NCBI RefSeq assembly: GCF_055900595.2
Contig: NZ_CM148325.1
Length of the DNA: 64,000 nt
Reading direction: 5' to 3' (one strand)
Notes under the pieces: generated by a model
The model's database searches: none
The model's input: the letters and a program-made list of their open reading frames with translations, nothing else
Told to the model about the DNA's origin: nothing
Shown: positions 12,258 through 21,380 of the stretch, in pieces
Layout of the letters: each line of letters opens with the position of its first letter
Position numbering within the stretch: the stretch's first letter is position 1
Made by a program: the position numbers and the translations under genes

Positions 12258-12300
12258 GGCGATTTATTTACGTAAATCGGCCCGCTTTCTTTTTATATAT
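12258..12300 (+). terminator. probable speA terminator
   Basis: gcggggcgattta...taaatcggcccgc imperfect hairpin followed by tttctttttat. Confidence 0.5.
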
Positions 12301-12318
12301 TCTTAAAAATAATTTAGC

Positions 12319-12327
12319 TGCTTTTCT
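12319..12327. repeat. IS1 target-site duplication, left copy (tgcttttct)
   Basis: Identical 9-mer abuts both IS1 ends. Confidence 0.9.
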
Positions 12328-12382
12328 GGTGATGCTGCCAACTTACTGATTTAGTGTATGATGGTGTTTTTGAGGTGCTCCA

Positions 12383-12658
12383 GTGGCTTCTGTTTCTATC
12401 AGCTGTCCCTCCTGTTCAGCTACTGACGGGGTGGTGCGTAACGGCAAAAGCACCGCCGGACATCAGCGCTATCTCTGCTCTCACTGCCGTAAAACATGGC
12501 AACTGCAGTTCACTTACACCGCTTCTCAACCCGGTACGCACCAGAAAATCATTGATATGGCCATGAATGGCGTTGGATGCCGGGCAACCGCCCGCATTAT
12601 GGGCGTTGGCCTCAACACGATTTTCCGCCATTTAAAAAACTCAGGCCGCAGTCGGTAA
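12383..12658 (+). CDS. insA: IS1 InsA (91 aa)
   Basis: [40 protein letters not shown]... zinc-finger N-terminus of IS1 InsA. Confidence 0.92.
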   Translation: MASVSISCPSCSATDGVVRNGKSTAGHQRYLCSHCRKTWQLQFTYTASQPGTHQKIIDMAMNGVGCRATARIMGVGLNTIFRHLKNSGRSR

Positions 12659-13080
12659 CCTCGCGCATACAGCCGGGCAGTGACGTCATCGTCTGCGCGG
12701 AAATGGACGAACAGTGGGGATACGTCGGGGCTAAATCGCGCCAGCGCTGGCTGTTTTACGCGTATGACAGGCTCCGGAAGACGGTTGTTGCGCACGTATT
12801 CGGTGAACGCACTATGGCGACGCTGGGGCGTCTTATGAGCCTGCTGTCACCCTTTGACGTGGTGATATGGATGACGGATGGCTGGCCGCTGTATGAATCC
12901 CGCCTGAAGGGAAAGCTGCACGTAATCAGCAAGCGATATACGCAGCGAATTGAGCGGCATAACCTGAATCTGAGGCAGCACCTGGCACGGCTGGGACGGA
13001 AGTCGCTGTCGTTCTCAAAATCGGTGGAGCTGCATGACAAAGTCATCGGGCATTATCTGAACATAAAACACTATCAATAA
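12577..13080 (+). CDS. insB: IS1 InsB reading frame (joined to InsA by -1 frameshift to give the InsAB' transposase)
   Basis: Track ORF with the IS1 InsB body (...[33 protein letters not shown]...); the 5' boundary of the track ORF is not a real start. Confidence 0.85.
   Translation: MPGNRPHYGRWPQHDFPPFKKLRPQSVTSRIQPGSDVIVCAEMDEQWGYVGAKSRQRWLFYAYDRLRKTVVAHVFGERTMATLGRLMSLLSPFDVVIWMTDGWPLYESRLKGKLHVISKRYTQRIERHNLNLRQHLARLGRKSLSFSKSVELHDKVIGHYLNIKHYQ
12631..12639 (+). other. IS1 A6C-type -1 frameshift window (ttaaaaaac)
   Basis: ttaaaaaactc lies at the insA 3' end inside the insA/insB overlap. Confidence 0.6.
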
Positions 13081-13095
13081 GTTGGAGTCATTACC

Positions 13096-13104
13096 TGCTT
13101 TTCT
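13096..13104. repeat. IS1 target-site duplication, right copy (tgcttttct)
   Basis: Identical to 12319-12327. Confidence 0.9.
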
Positions 13105-13158
13105 TATTAAATAATCTCCCTACAATCGCTGCATTAATTAAATGCAGAGGGAACGGTT

Positions 13159-13890
13159 ATGAAAAAATGGAAAGTACGTAGCGCGTTGGTGGCATTAATC
13201 GTGCTGCTGGCTGGTTGTTCCAGTAATGCGCAGTATAATAGCAGTGCATCAGGCAATGTCGGCACCGCCTGGGGTGGGGATGTGCACTCAACGGTTCAGG
13301 GCGTATCTGCTGAACGAGCCTGGCGCGATCCGGCAGAGATGATCGTTATTAGTTATTCGACTAATGTTCCTTCCGGCTACGACCGCGTTTATAGCATTCG
13401 TATTAACGAACTGGAATATGCTATTCGCGATGGTAATTTTAATTCTCTACCTATTACGCGGGTTTATGATTCATCCAATAATGAACCACGCTATATTGTC
13501 CATGCCAGAGTCGGAATGAATTATCAATTATATGTCCGTAATTACAGTCGTAACACCAACTACGAGATCGTTGCTACGGTTGATGGCCTGGATGTGCTGA
13601 ACGGCAAGCAAGGTTCGCTGAATAACAACGGTTATATTGTGAATGCCGGAGATTCGTTAGCGATTAAAGGATTCCGCAAAGATAAACATACCGAAGCGGC
13701 TTTTCAGTTCGCCAACGTTGCTGATTCCTACGCAGCCAATTCGGCGCAAGGCGATGTGCGTAATACCGGTGTAATCGGCTTTGCCGCCTTTGAATTACAA
13801 GGCCCGGCGAAAAACGCGCTGCCGCCGTGCTCTGGACAAGCCTTTCCGGCAGATAACAATGGCTATGCGCCGCCACCGTGTCGGAAATAG
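13159..13890 (+). CDS. predicted lipoprotein, 243 aa, function unknown; not part of the K-12 speA-speB arrangement
   Basis: ATG at 13159 with upstream agagggaa RBS; N-terminus MKKWKVRSALVALIVLLAGCSSN has a signal peptide plus lipobox LAGC; Asn/Tyr/Ser-rich body; two Cys near the C-terminus. Confidence 0.7.
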   Translation: MKKWKVRSALVALIVLLAGCSSNAQYNSSASGNVGTAWGGDVHSTVQGVSAERAWRDPAEMIVISYSTNVPSGYDRVYSIRINELEYAIRDGNFNSLPITRVYDSSNNEPRYIVHARVGMNYQLYVRNYSRNTNYEIVATVDGLDVLNGKQGSLNNNGYIVNAGDSLAIKGFRKDKHTEAAFQFANVADSYAANSAQGDVRNTGVIGFAAFELQGPAKNALPPCSGQAFPADNNGYAPPPCRK

Positions 13891-13950
13891 CAACCTCGCT
13901 TGATGCCTCGCCCATTTAAGGCGATAATTAGCACAAACTTGTGTTTCACA

Positions 13951-13997
13951 AATCCAACCCTTCCTCGTCGGGCCTAACGACGCGGAAGGGTTTTTTT
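13951..13997 (+). terminator. strong hairpin plus T7 run about 30 bp upstream of speB
   Basis: cccttcctcgtcgggcctaacgacgcggaaggg followed by ttttttt. Confidence 0.55.
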
Positions 13998-14025
13998 ATA
14001 TCGACTTTGTAATAGGAGTCCATCC

Positions 14026-14946
14026 ATGAGCACCTTAGGTCATCAATACGATAACTCACTGGTTTCCAACGCCTTTGGTTTTTTACGCCTGCCGATGAAC
14101 TTCCAGCCATATGACAGCGATGCTGACTGGGTGATTACTGGCGTGCCGTTCGATATGGCCACTTCTGGTCGTGCGGGTGGTCGCCACGGTCCGGCAGCGA
14201 TCCGTCAGGTTTCGACGAATCTGGCCTGGGAACACAATCGCTTCCCGTGGAATTTCGACATGCGTGAGCGCCTGAACGTCGTGGACTGCGGCGATCTGGT
14301 ATATGCCTTCGGAGATGCCCGTGAGATGAGCGAGAAGCTGCAGGCGCACGCCGAGAAGCTGCTGGCTGCCGGTAAGCGTATGCTCTCCTTCGGTGGTGAC
14401 CACTTTGTTACGCTGCCGCTGCTGCGCGCTCATGCGAAGCATTTCGGCAAAATGGCGTTGGTACACTTTGATGCCCACACCGATACCTACGCTAACGGTT
14501 GTGAATTTGACCACGGCACCATGTTCTATACCGCGCCGAAAGAAGGTCTGATCGACCCGAATCATTCTGTGCAGATTGGTATTCGTACCGAGTTTGATAA
14601 AGACAACGGCTTTACCGTGCTGGACGCCTGCCAGGTGAACGATCGCAGCGTGGATGACATTATCGCCCAGGTGAAACAGATTGTGGGTGATATGCCGGTT
14701 TACCTGACCTTTGATATCGACTGCCTGGATCCTGCTTTTGCACCAGGCACCGGTACGCCGGTAATTGGCGGCCTGACCTCCGATCGCGCCATTAAACTGG
14801 TACGCGGCTTGAAAGATCTCAACATCGTTGGGATGGACGTAGTGGAGGTGGCTCCGGCATACGATCAGTCGGAAATCACCGCTCTGGCTGCGGCGACGCT
14901 GGCGCTGGAGATGCTGTATATCCAGGCGGCGAAAAAGGGCGAGTAA
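14026..14946 (+). CDS. speB: agmatinase (306 aa)
   Basis: [43 protein letters not shown]... full-length match to SpeB; aggagt RBS. Confidence 0.96.
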   Translation: MSTLGHQYDNSLVSNAFGFLRLPMNFQPYDSDADWVITGVPFDMATSGRAGGRHGPAAIRQVSTNLAWEHNRFPWNFDMRERLNVVDCGDLVYAFGDAREMSEKLQAHAEKLLAAGKRMLSFGGDHFVTLPLLRAHAKHFGKMALVHFDAHTDTYANGCEFDHGTMFYTAPKEGLIDPNHSVQIGIRTEFDKDNGFTVLDACQVNDRSVDDIIAQVKQIVGDMPVYLTFDIDCLDPAFAPGTGTPVIGGLTSDRAIKLVRGLKDLNIVGMDVVEVAPAYDQSEITALAAATLALEMLYIQAAKKGE

Positions 14947-14979
14947 GCGCCAGATAAGAGGCGCGCGGGTGATGTGCCA

Positions 14980-15135
<156 letters not shown>

Positions 15136-15149
15136 GGCACTACCTGGCT

Positions 15150-15908
15150 TTACTTAACTCCATCCGCGCTCATACGATCGCGAATATGCTGGGCGCGTTC
15201 GGCGGATGCAGGATGGTCGTCAAACATTGAGCTTTGGCGGCCTTCTTCCAGTTTCGCCAGTTTTTCAAAGCTGGTGGCAAGACCTGCCGGGCTGATACCG
15301 CGTTGGCGCAGCAAATCGTAGGAGTAATCATCGGCCTCTGATTCCTGACGTTGGGTAAATTGCGAATTGACTAGCTTTTCGCCCAGGTCTCCCAGTTGTG
15401 ATTGTGACAAACTGCCGACAATTCCGCCTGCAGAGGCCGCCGCAACGCGAATTGCGTTTGTACCAAGTGCTACCTGCATTCCTTTCTTCACATGGCCTAA
15501 TGCCACGTGCCCCATTTCGTGACCGAGCACCGCTTCGACTTCGTTATCCGTCATCATATCCATCAGCCCGCTATAGACGCGGATACAGCCGTTAGCCATT
15601 GCAAAGGCGTTCACATCCTTCGCCATATACACTTTGTAATTCACCGGCTGACCGTTGATGTTATCGCCTAACGCGCGAGAAATTGTCGTCAGACGTCTAG
15701 CATATTCGCTATTGGCTGGCGCAATCGTCGCTTTGCTGTCCATCTCCTGGCATGCCTGATCGCTCAGTTTTTTCACCTGCGCATCACTCAAACTGTAAGC
15801 CTGAAAAGCTTCCGCTCCTGATGAGAGCAGTCCACTGGAGTCCATATTCTGGCAACCGGTCAGCACCGTAGCCACGCTCATTGCTACCAATAAGGCGCGA
15901 ATTTTCAT
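15150..15908 (-). CDS. loiP: M48 metalloprotease LoiP/YggG (252 aa)
   Basis: Track ORF trimmed 73 codons to MKIRALLVAMSVATVLTGC (lipoprotein signal); HEMGH zinc motif visible. Confidence 0.9.
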   Translation of the reverse strand: MKIRALLVAMSVATVLTGCQNMDSSGLLSSGAEAFQAYSLSDAQVKKLSDQACQEMDSKATIAPANSEYARRLTTISRALGDNINGQPVNYKVYMAKDVNAFAMANGCIRVYSGLMDMMTDNEVEAVLGHEMGHVALGHVKKGMQVALGTNAIRVAAASAGGIVGSLSQSQLGDLGEKLVNSQFTQRQESEADDYSYDLLRQRGISPAGLATSFEKLAKLEEGRQSSMFDDHPASAERAQHIRDRMSADGVK

Positions 15909-16185
15909 GTTTTCTCTTCCGCACAAGGTCAGGATTATTCTAAAAATGCGCCGTTTGCAGGTGAATCGACGCTCAGTCTCAGTATAAGGAAAAGCGCAGC
16001 GGACGGGCGAGTGGATTGCGCAACATGCGAGCATGATCCAGAGATTTCTGAAGCGGCAAAAGGATGTTCCATGTACATGACGAGCGGCTTGCGGTAAATT
16101 GTTGGCAAATTTTCCGGCGTAGCCCAAAACGCGCTGTCGTCAAGTCGTTAAGGGCGTGCCCTTCATCATCCGATCTGGAGTCAAA

Positions 16186-18177
16186 ATGTCCTCACGTAAA
16201 GAGCTTGCCAATGCTATTCGTGCGCTGAGCATGGACGCAGTACAGAAAGCCAAATCCGGTCACCCGGGTGCCCCTATGGGTATGGCTGACATTGCCGAAG
16301 TCCTGTGGCGTGATTTCCTGAAACACAACCCGCAGAATCCGTCCTGGGCTGACCGTGACCGCTTCGTGCTGTCCAACGGCCACGGCTCCATGCTGATCTA
16401 CAGCCTGCTGCACCTCACCGGTTACGATCTGCCGATGGAAGAACTGAAAAACTTCCGTCAGCTGCACTCTAAAACTCCGGGTCACCCGGAAGTGGGTTAC
16501 ACCGCAGGTGTAGAAACCACCACCGGTCCGCTGGGTCAGGGTATTGCCAACGCAGTCGGTATGGCGATTGCAGAAAAAACGCTGGCGGCGCAGTTTAACC
16601 GTCCGGGCCACGACATCGTCGACCACTACACCTACGCCTTCATGGGCGACGGCTGCATGATGGAAGGCATCTCCCACGAAGTTTGCTCTCTGGCGGGTAC
16701 GCTGAAGCTGGGTAAACTGATTGCGTTCTACGATGACAACGGTATTTCTATCGATGGTCACGTTGAAGGCTGGTTTACCGACGACACCGCAATGCGTTTC
16801 GAAGCTTACGGCTGGCACGTTATTCGCGATATCGACGGTCATGACGCGGCATCCATCAAACGCGCAGTAGAAGAAGCGCGCGCAGTGACTGACAAACCGT
16901 CCCTGCTGATGTGCAAAACCATCATCGGTTTCGGTTCCCCGAACAAAGCCGGTACCCACGACTCCCACGGTGCGCCGCTGGGCGACGCTGAAATTGCCCT
17001 GACCCGCGAACAGCTGGGCTGGAAATACGCGCCGTTCGAAATCCCGTCTGAAATCTATGCTCAGTGGGATGCGAAAGAAGCAGGCCAGGCGAAAGAATTC
17101 GCATGGAACGAGAAATTCGCTGCTTACGCGAAAGCTTATCCGCAGGAAGCTGCTGAATTTACCCGCCGTATGAAAGGCGAAATGCCGTCTGACTTCGATG
17201 CCAAAGCGAAAGAATTCATCGCTAAACTGCAGGCTAATCCGGCGAAAATCGCCAGCCGTAAAGCGTCTCAGAATGCGATTGAAGCGTTCGGCCCGCTGTT
17301 GCCGGAATTCCTCGGCGGCTCTGCTGACCTGGCACCGTCTAACCTGACCCTGTGGTCTGGTTCTAAAGCAATCAACGAAGATGCTGCGGGTAATTACATC
17401 CACTACGGTGTTCGCGAGTTCGGTATGACCGCGATTGCTAACGGTATCTCCCTGCACGGTGGCTTCCTGCCGTACACCTCCACCTTCCTGATGTTCGTGG
17501 AATACGCACGTAACGCCGTACGTATGGCTGCGCTGATGAAACAGCGTCAGGTGATGGTTTACACCCACGACTCCATCGGTCTGGGCGAAGATGGCCCGAC
17601 TCACCAGCCGGTAGAGCAGGTCGCTTCTCTGCGCGTGACCCCGAACATGTCCACATGGCGTCCGTGTGACCAGGTTGAATCCGCGGTCGCGTGGAAATAC
17701 GGCGTTGAGCGTCAGGACGGCCCGACTGCGCTTATCCTCTCCCGTCAGAACCTGGCGCAGCAGGAACGTACTGAAGAGCAGCTGGCAAACATCGCGCGCG
17801 GTGGTTATGTGCTGAAAGACTGTGCCGGTCAGCCGGAACTGATCTTCATCGCTACCGGTTCTGAAGTTGAACTGGCGGTTGCTGCCTACGAAAAACTGAC
17901 TGCTGAAGGCGTGAAAGCGCGCGTGGTTTCCATGCCGTCTACCGACGCATTCGACAAGCAGGATGCGGCTTACCGTGAGTCTGTACTGCCGAAAGCGGTT
18001 ACTGCACGCGTTGCGGTGGAAGCTGGCATTGCTGACTACTGGTACAAGTATGTTGGCCTGAACGGTGCTATCGTCGGCATGACCACCTTCGGTGAATCTG
18101 CTCCGGCAGAGCTGCTGTTTGAAGAGTTCGGCTTCACCGTTGACAACGTTGTTGCGAAAGCAAAAGAACTGCTGTAA
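16186..18177 (+). CDS. tktA: transketolase 1 (663 aa)
   Basis: Track ORF trimmed 10 codons to [35 protein letters not shown]... Confidence 0.96.
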   Translation: MSSRKELANAIRALSMDAVQKAKSGHPGAPMGMADIAEVLWRDFLKHNPQNPSWADRDRFVLSNGHGSMLIYSLLHLTGYDLPMEELKNFRQLHSKTPGHPEVGYTAGVETTTGPLGQGIANAVGMAIAEKTLAAQFNRPGHDIVDHYTYAFMGDGCMMEGISHEVCSLAGTLKLGKLIAFYDDNGISIDGHVEGWFTDDTAMRFEAYGWHVIRDIDGHDAASIKRAVEEARAVTDKPSLLMCKTIIGFGSPNKAGTHDSHGAPLGDAEIALTREQLGWKYAPFEIPSEIYAQWDAKEAGQAKEFAWNEKFAAYAKAYPQEAAEFTRRMKGEMPSDFDAKAKEFIAKLQANPAKIASRKASQNAIEAFGPLLPEFLGGSADLAPSNLTLWSGSKAINEDAAGNYIHYGVREFGMTAIANGISLHGGFLPYTSTFLMFVEYARNAVRMAALMKQRQVMVYTHDSIGLGEDGPTHQPVEQVASLRVTPNMSTWRPCDQVESAVAWKYGVERQDGPTALILSRQNLAQQERTEEQLANIARGGYVLKDCAGQPELIFIATGSEVELAVAAYEKLTAEGVKARVVSMPSTDAFDKQDAAYRESVLPKAVTARVAVEAGIADYWYKYVGLNGAIVGMTTFGESAPAELLFEEFGFTVDNVVAKAKELL

Positions 18178-18194
18178 TCGGTAAGATGCTTTGT

Positions 18195-18222
18195 GAGAAG
18201 GGCCGCGAAAGCGGCCCTTTTT
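18195..18222. terminator. bidirectional terminator shared by tktA and the convergent SPFH gene
   Basis: agggccgcgaaagcggccct then ttttttt on the + strand; the SPFH stop codon abuts the T-run on the other strand. Confidence 0.7.
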
Positions 18223-19131
18223 TTACTTAGTAGAGATAAACGGAACTGTACTGCCGGGGATCATGGTATCGGGTAGCTTACCGTCCCAACGCTCAGCAGT
18301 GGTGAGGGCAACAAGTCCGGGATTATCCCGCAGAGCTTCACCGCGCAGGCGGATCGCTTCTGCTTCAGCCGCACTTTTTAAACGAATAGTTTCAGCCTCT
18401 GCCGCGCCTCTTACGCGAATAGTCTCAGCTTCTGCTTTGGCTGCCGCCAGTTTACTGTCTGCTTCTGCCTGGGCCTGAGTTACCGCTATTTGCGCCTGGA
18501 TTTTCTCTGTTTCCAGATTTTGCTTACGTGTGGCAATGGCGACTTCTGCTTTCATTCGATCTTCAATCGATTTTTCATAAGCGTCAGAAAAATCAATATT
18601 TTCAATCTGGACACCATCAATCACCACCGGGCCAACAACGGCTTTACGCATTGCATTTTGCAGATCCTGAACCAGTTTTGTACGATCCTGTACCGCGCTG
18701 ATGGCGGTATATTGGCCGAAAACGTTCTCCAGTTGAGTTGGCAACTGACGGACAATCAGACGATCTTTTAATGCTTCAATGGTGTTGTAGGTGGTATAAA
18801 CCGCGCCTGCTTCTGAAGGTTTAATGTGGAAGCTGACTGATACTGTCATTTGTGCCGGTTGCTGGTCGCGGCTGTAGGCCTGTAATCCCTGATAAACCAC
18901 AGCCTGATTACGCGTGGAAATTTTCTCTACGCTTTCCATAAAAGGGATCTTAAAACCCAGACCCGGCTCGGCAACTTTTACGATTTTTCCGTAGCGCAGC
19001 AAAATGCCGCGTTCACCTTCATTAACGGTGTAATACGAGAGAAATGGCAGCACAACCACGGTAATCACGCCAATGGCGATAGCAATAGATTTTTGTGGGC
19101 GAAATGAGGTTATTGAAACAGGTGCTTTCAT
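18223..19131 (-). CDS. SPFH/band-7 (prohibitin/HflC-like) membrane protein, 302 aa; not part of the K-12 tktA-cmtB arrangement
   Basis: aaggaag RBS 7 nt upstream of the ATG; N-terminal TM segment (IAIAIGVITVVVLPFLSYY), SPFH-like core (NEGERGILLRYGKI...), C-terminal Ala/Glu-rich 11-residue repeats. Confidence 0.8.
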   Translation of the reverse strand: MKAPVSITSFRPQKSIAIAIGVITVVVLPFLSYYTVNEGERGILLRYGKIVKVAEPGLGFKIPFMESVEKISTRNQAVVYQGLQAYSRDQQPAQMTVSVSFHIKPSEAGAVYTTYNTIEALKDRLIVRQLPTQLENVFGQYTAISAVQDRTKLVQDLQNAMRKAVVGPVVIDGVQIENIDFSDAYEKSIEDRMKAEVAIATRKQNLETEKIQAQIAVTQAQAEADSKLAAAKAEAETIRVRGAAEAETIRLKSAAEAEAIRLRGEALRDNPGLVALTTAERWDGKLPDTMIPGSTVPFISTK

Positions 19132-19506
19132 GAGAATCTTCCTTGAGTAAAGCGTGGGAATATGTCACATGAGGTGAGGAGAAAACAGCCAACAGGTGAG
19201 AATTCAGAATCTATAAAGGGGGAGAGCGAAAAACATCGGCTAAAAAAGTATGTTTTCGAACATTCAATAGATAAATAGAGATATGCATCACAAATACATA
19301 GGCAGATAAAACATTGGTTTTGTGATAAACATAGCAAACACAAACTTGACTTTATAAGTATAAATTTCATGTTGTTGTTATTTAACATTTTATTATTTTG
19401 GTTCATGTTTTTTTTCTTCTCGCGTGCCCAATTGCTTTCATTAAATCGCACGAGTATTTTATTTTTACCGCCGGACGGTACCCTAAAAATAAAATAAGGA
19501 TAATTT

Positions 19507-19950
19507 ATGCGGCTTATTGATTATTTTCCAGAATCATCAATCTCAGTTATACATTCAGCAAAAGATTGGCAGGAAGCTATCAATTTCTCGATGGCATCAT
19601 TGCTGGATAAAAACTATATCAGCGAGAATTACATTCAGGCTATTAAAGATTCCACCATTAACAATGGCCCTTATTATATTCTCGCACCAGGCGTGGCAAT
19701 GCCTCATGCGCGACCGGAATGTGGGGCGCTTAAAACCGGGATGTCTTTGACGTTACTTAAACCAGGCGTTTATTTTCCGGGGAATGACGAACCGATTAAA
19801 TTACTTATCGGTCTTTCTGCTGCCGATGCCGATTCGCACATTGGTGCTATTCAGGCGTTAAGTGAATTGCTGTGCGAAGAAGAAATACTTGAACAACTCT
19901 TAACTGCAACATCAGAAAAACAATTAGCGGACATTATCAGCCGCGAATAA
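19507..19950 (+). CDS. cmtB: PTS mannitol-family EIIA component, cryptic (147 aa)
   Basis: MRLIDYFPESSISVIHSAKDWQEAINFSMASLLDKNYISENYIQAIKDSTINNGPYYILAPGVAMPHARPE... matches CmtB. Confidence 0.9.
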   Translation: MRLIDYFPESSISVIHSAKDWQEAINFSMASLLDKNYISENYIQAIKDSTINNGPYYILAPGVAMPHARPECGALKTGMSLTLLKPGVYFPGNDEPIKLLIGLSAADADSHIGAIQALSELLCEEEILEQLLTATSEKQLADIISRE

Positions 19951-19977
19951 TGACTCTCTCCTCTACAGGATAATATT

Positions 19978-21366
19978 ATGGAAAACAAGTCTGCTCGTGC
20001 AAAGGTCCAGGCTTTTGGGGGCTTTTTGACGGCAATGGTCATCCCCAATATTGGTGCTTTTATTGCCTGGGGTTTTATTACTGCATTATTTATTCCTACT
20101 GGTTGGCTGCCTAACGAACATTTCGCCAAAATTGTCGGCCCGATGATTACCTATTTATTGCCCGTAATGATTGGTTCTACCGGTGGCCATTTAGTCGGCG
20201 GTAAACGCGGCGCAGTCATGGGCGGAATAGGGACAATTGGTGTAATCGTCGGCGCAGAAATCCCGATGTTCCTTGGTTCAATGATCATGGGACCGTTAGG
20301 TGGGCTGGTCATAAAATATGTCGATAAGGCACTGGAAAAACGCATACCTGCTGGTTTTGAGATGGTTATCAATAACTTCTCATTAGGTATCACCGGGATG
20401 CTCCTTTGTCTGCTGGGTTTTGAAGTAATCGGCCCGGCGGTGTTAATTGCCAATACTTTCGTCAAAGAGTGTATTGAGGCGCTGGTACATGCGGGCTATC
20501 TGCCTTTGCTGTCAGTCATCAATGAACCGGCGAAAGTGCTTTTCCTCAATAACGCGATAGATCAGGGCGTCTATTACCCGTTGGGGATGCAACAGGCTTC
20601 AGTTAACGGTAAATCCATCTTCTTTATGGTGGCGTCCAACCCTGGGCCTGGCTTAGGACTGCTGTTGGCGTTTACTTTGTTTGGTAAAGGGATGAGTAAA
20701 CGTTCTGCGCCCGGGGCGATGATTATTCACTTCCTCGGTGGGATCCACGAACTGTATTTCCCGTATGTGCTGATGAAGCCGCTGACCATTATTGCCATGA
20801 TTGCCGGCGGTATGTCTGGCACCTGGATGTTTAACTTACTGGACGGTGGTCTGGTGGCTGGTCCAAGTCCGGGGTCTATCTTTGCTTACCTTGCACTGAC
20901 GCCGAAAGGCTCGTTCCTGGCGACAATTGCCGGTGTTACGGTAGGTACCCTGGTGTCCTTTGCTATCACTTCCGTAATACTGAAGATGGAAAAAACGGTG
21001 GAAACGGAGAGCGAAGATGAGTTTGTGCAGTCCGCCAATGCGGTTAAGGCGATGAAACAAGAAGGTACATTCTCGTTAAGCCGGGTTAAGCGTATCGCCT
21101 TTGTTTGCGATGCGGGAATGGGCTCCAGCGCGATGGGCGCAACCACCTTCCGTAAGCGCCTGGAAAAAGCGGGGCTGGCAATAGAAGTAAAACATTACGC
21201 GATAGAAAACGTGCCTGCAGATGTGGATATCGTCGTTACTCACGCTAGTCTGGAAGGGCGCGTGAAACGTGTGACGGATAAACCGCTGATATTGATTAAT
21301 AACTATATTGGCGATCCCAAACTCGACACTTTATTTAATCAATTAACCGCTGAACATAAAAACTGA
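19978..21366 (+). CDS. cmtA: PTS mannitol-family EIICB component, cryptic (462 aa)
   Basis: Full-length match to CmtA; multi-TM EIIC followed by EIIB. Confidence 0.9.
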   Translation: MENKSARAKVQAFGGFLTAMVIPNIGAFIAWGFITALFIPTGWLPNEHFAKIVGPMITYLLPVMIGSTGGHLVGGKRGAVMGGIGTIGVIVGAEIPMFLGSMIMGPLGGLVIKYVDKALEKRIPAGFEMVINNFSLGITGMLLCLLGFEVIGPAVLIANTFVKECIEALVHAGYLPLLSVINEPAKVLFLNNAIDQGVYYPLGMQQASVNGKSIFFMVASNPGPGLGLLLAFTLFGKGMSKRSAPGAMIIHFLGGIHELYFPYVLMKPLTIIAMIAGGMSGTWMFNLLDGGLVAGPSPGSIFAYLALTPKGSFLATIAGVTVGTLVSFAITSVILKMEKTVETESEDEFVQSANAVKAMKQEGTFSLSRVKRIAFVCDAGMGSSAMGATTFRKRLEKAGLAIEVKHYAIENVPADVDIVVTHASLEGRVKRVTDKPLILINNYIGDPKLDTLFNQLTAEHKN

Positions 21367-21380
21367 TTGCCGAGGTAAAA

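Larger units (their letters stand above)
12328..13095 (+). mobile_element. IS1 insertion sequence, 768 bp, complete
   Basis: Begins ggtgatgctgccaacttactgat and ends caataagttggagtcattacc (canonical IS1 inverted repeats); contains insA and insB; flanked by 9-bp direct repeat. Confidence 0.97.

Noticed and set aside
12328-13890. IS1 plus lipoprotein gene as a composite transposon or cargo element
   Set aside because: Only one IS1 copy is present and its 9-bp duplication directly flanks the IS alone, so the lipoprotein gene was not mobilised by this insertion.
16192-17604. 470-aa minus-strand ORF inside tktA
   Set aside because: Entirely antisense to the well-supported transketolase gene; GC-rich coding regions produce long open antisense frames. 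No RBS or motif support.
19128-19451. 107-aa ORF in the AT-rich spacer upstream of the SPFH gene
   Set aside because: Translation is low-complexity (Asn/Lys/Cys/Leu runs) as expected from AT-rich non-coding DNA. Kept only as a caveat because its stop overlaps the SPFH start codon.
18223-19506. SPFH islet as a multi-gene defence or stress system
   Set aside because: Only one gene is present; there is no NfeD-like partner, nuclease, ATPase or other linked ORF, so calling it a system would be unsupported.
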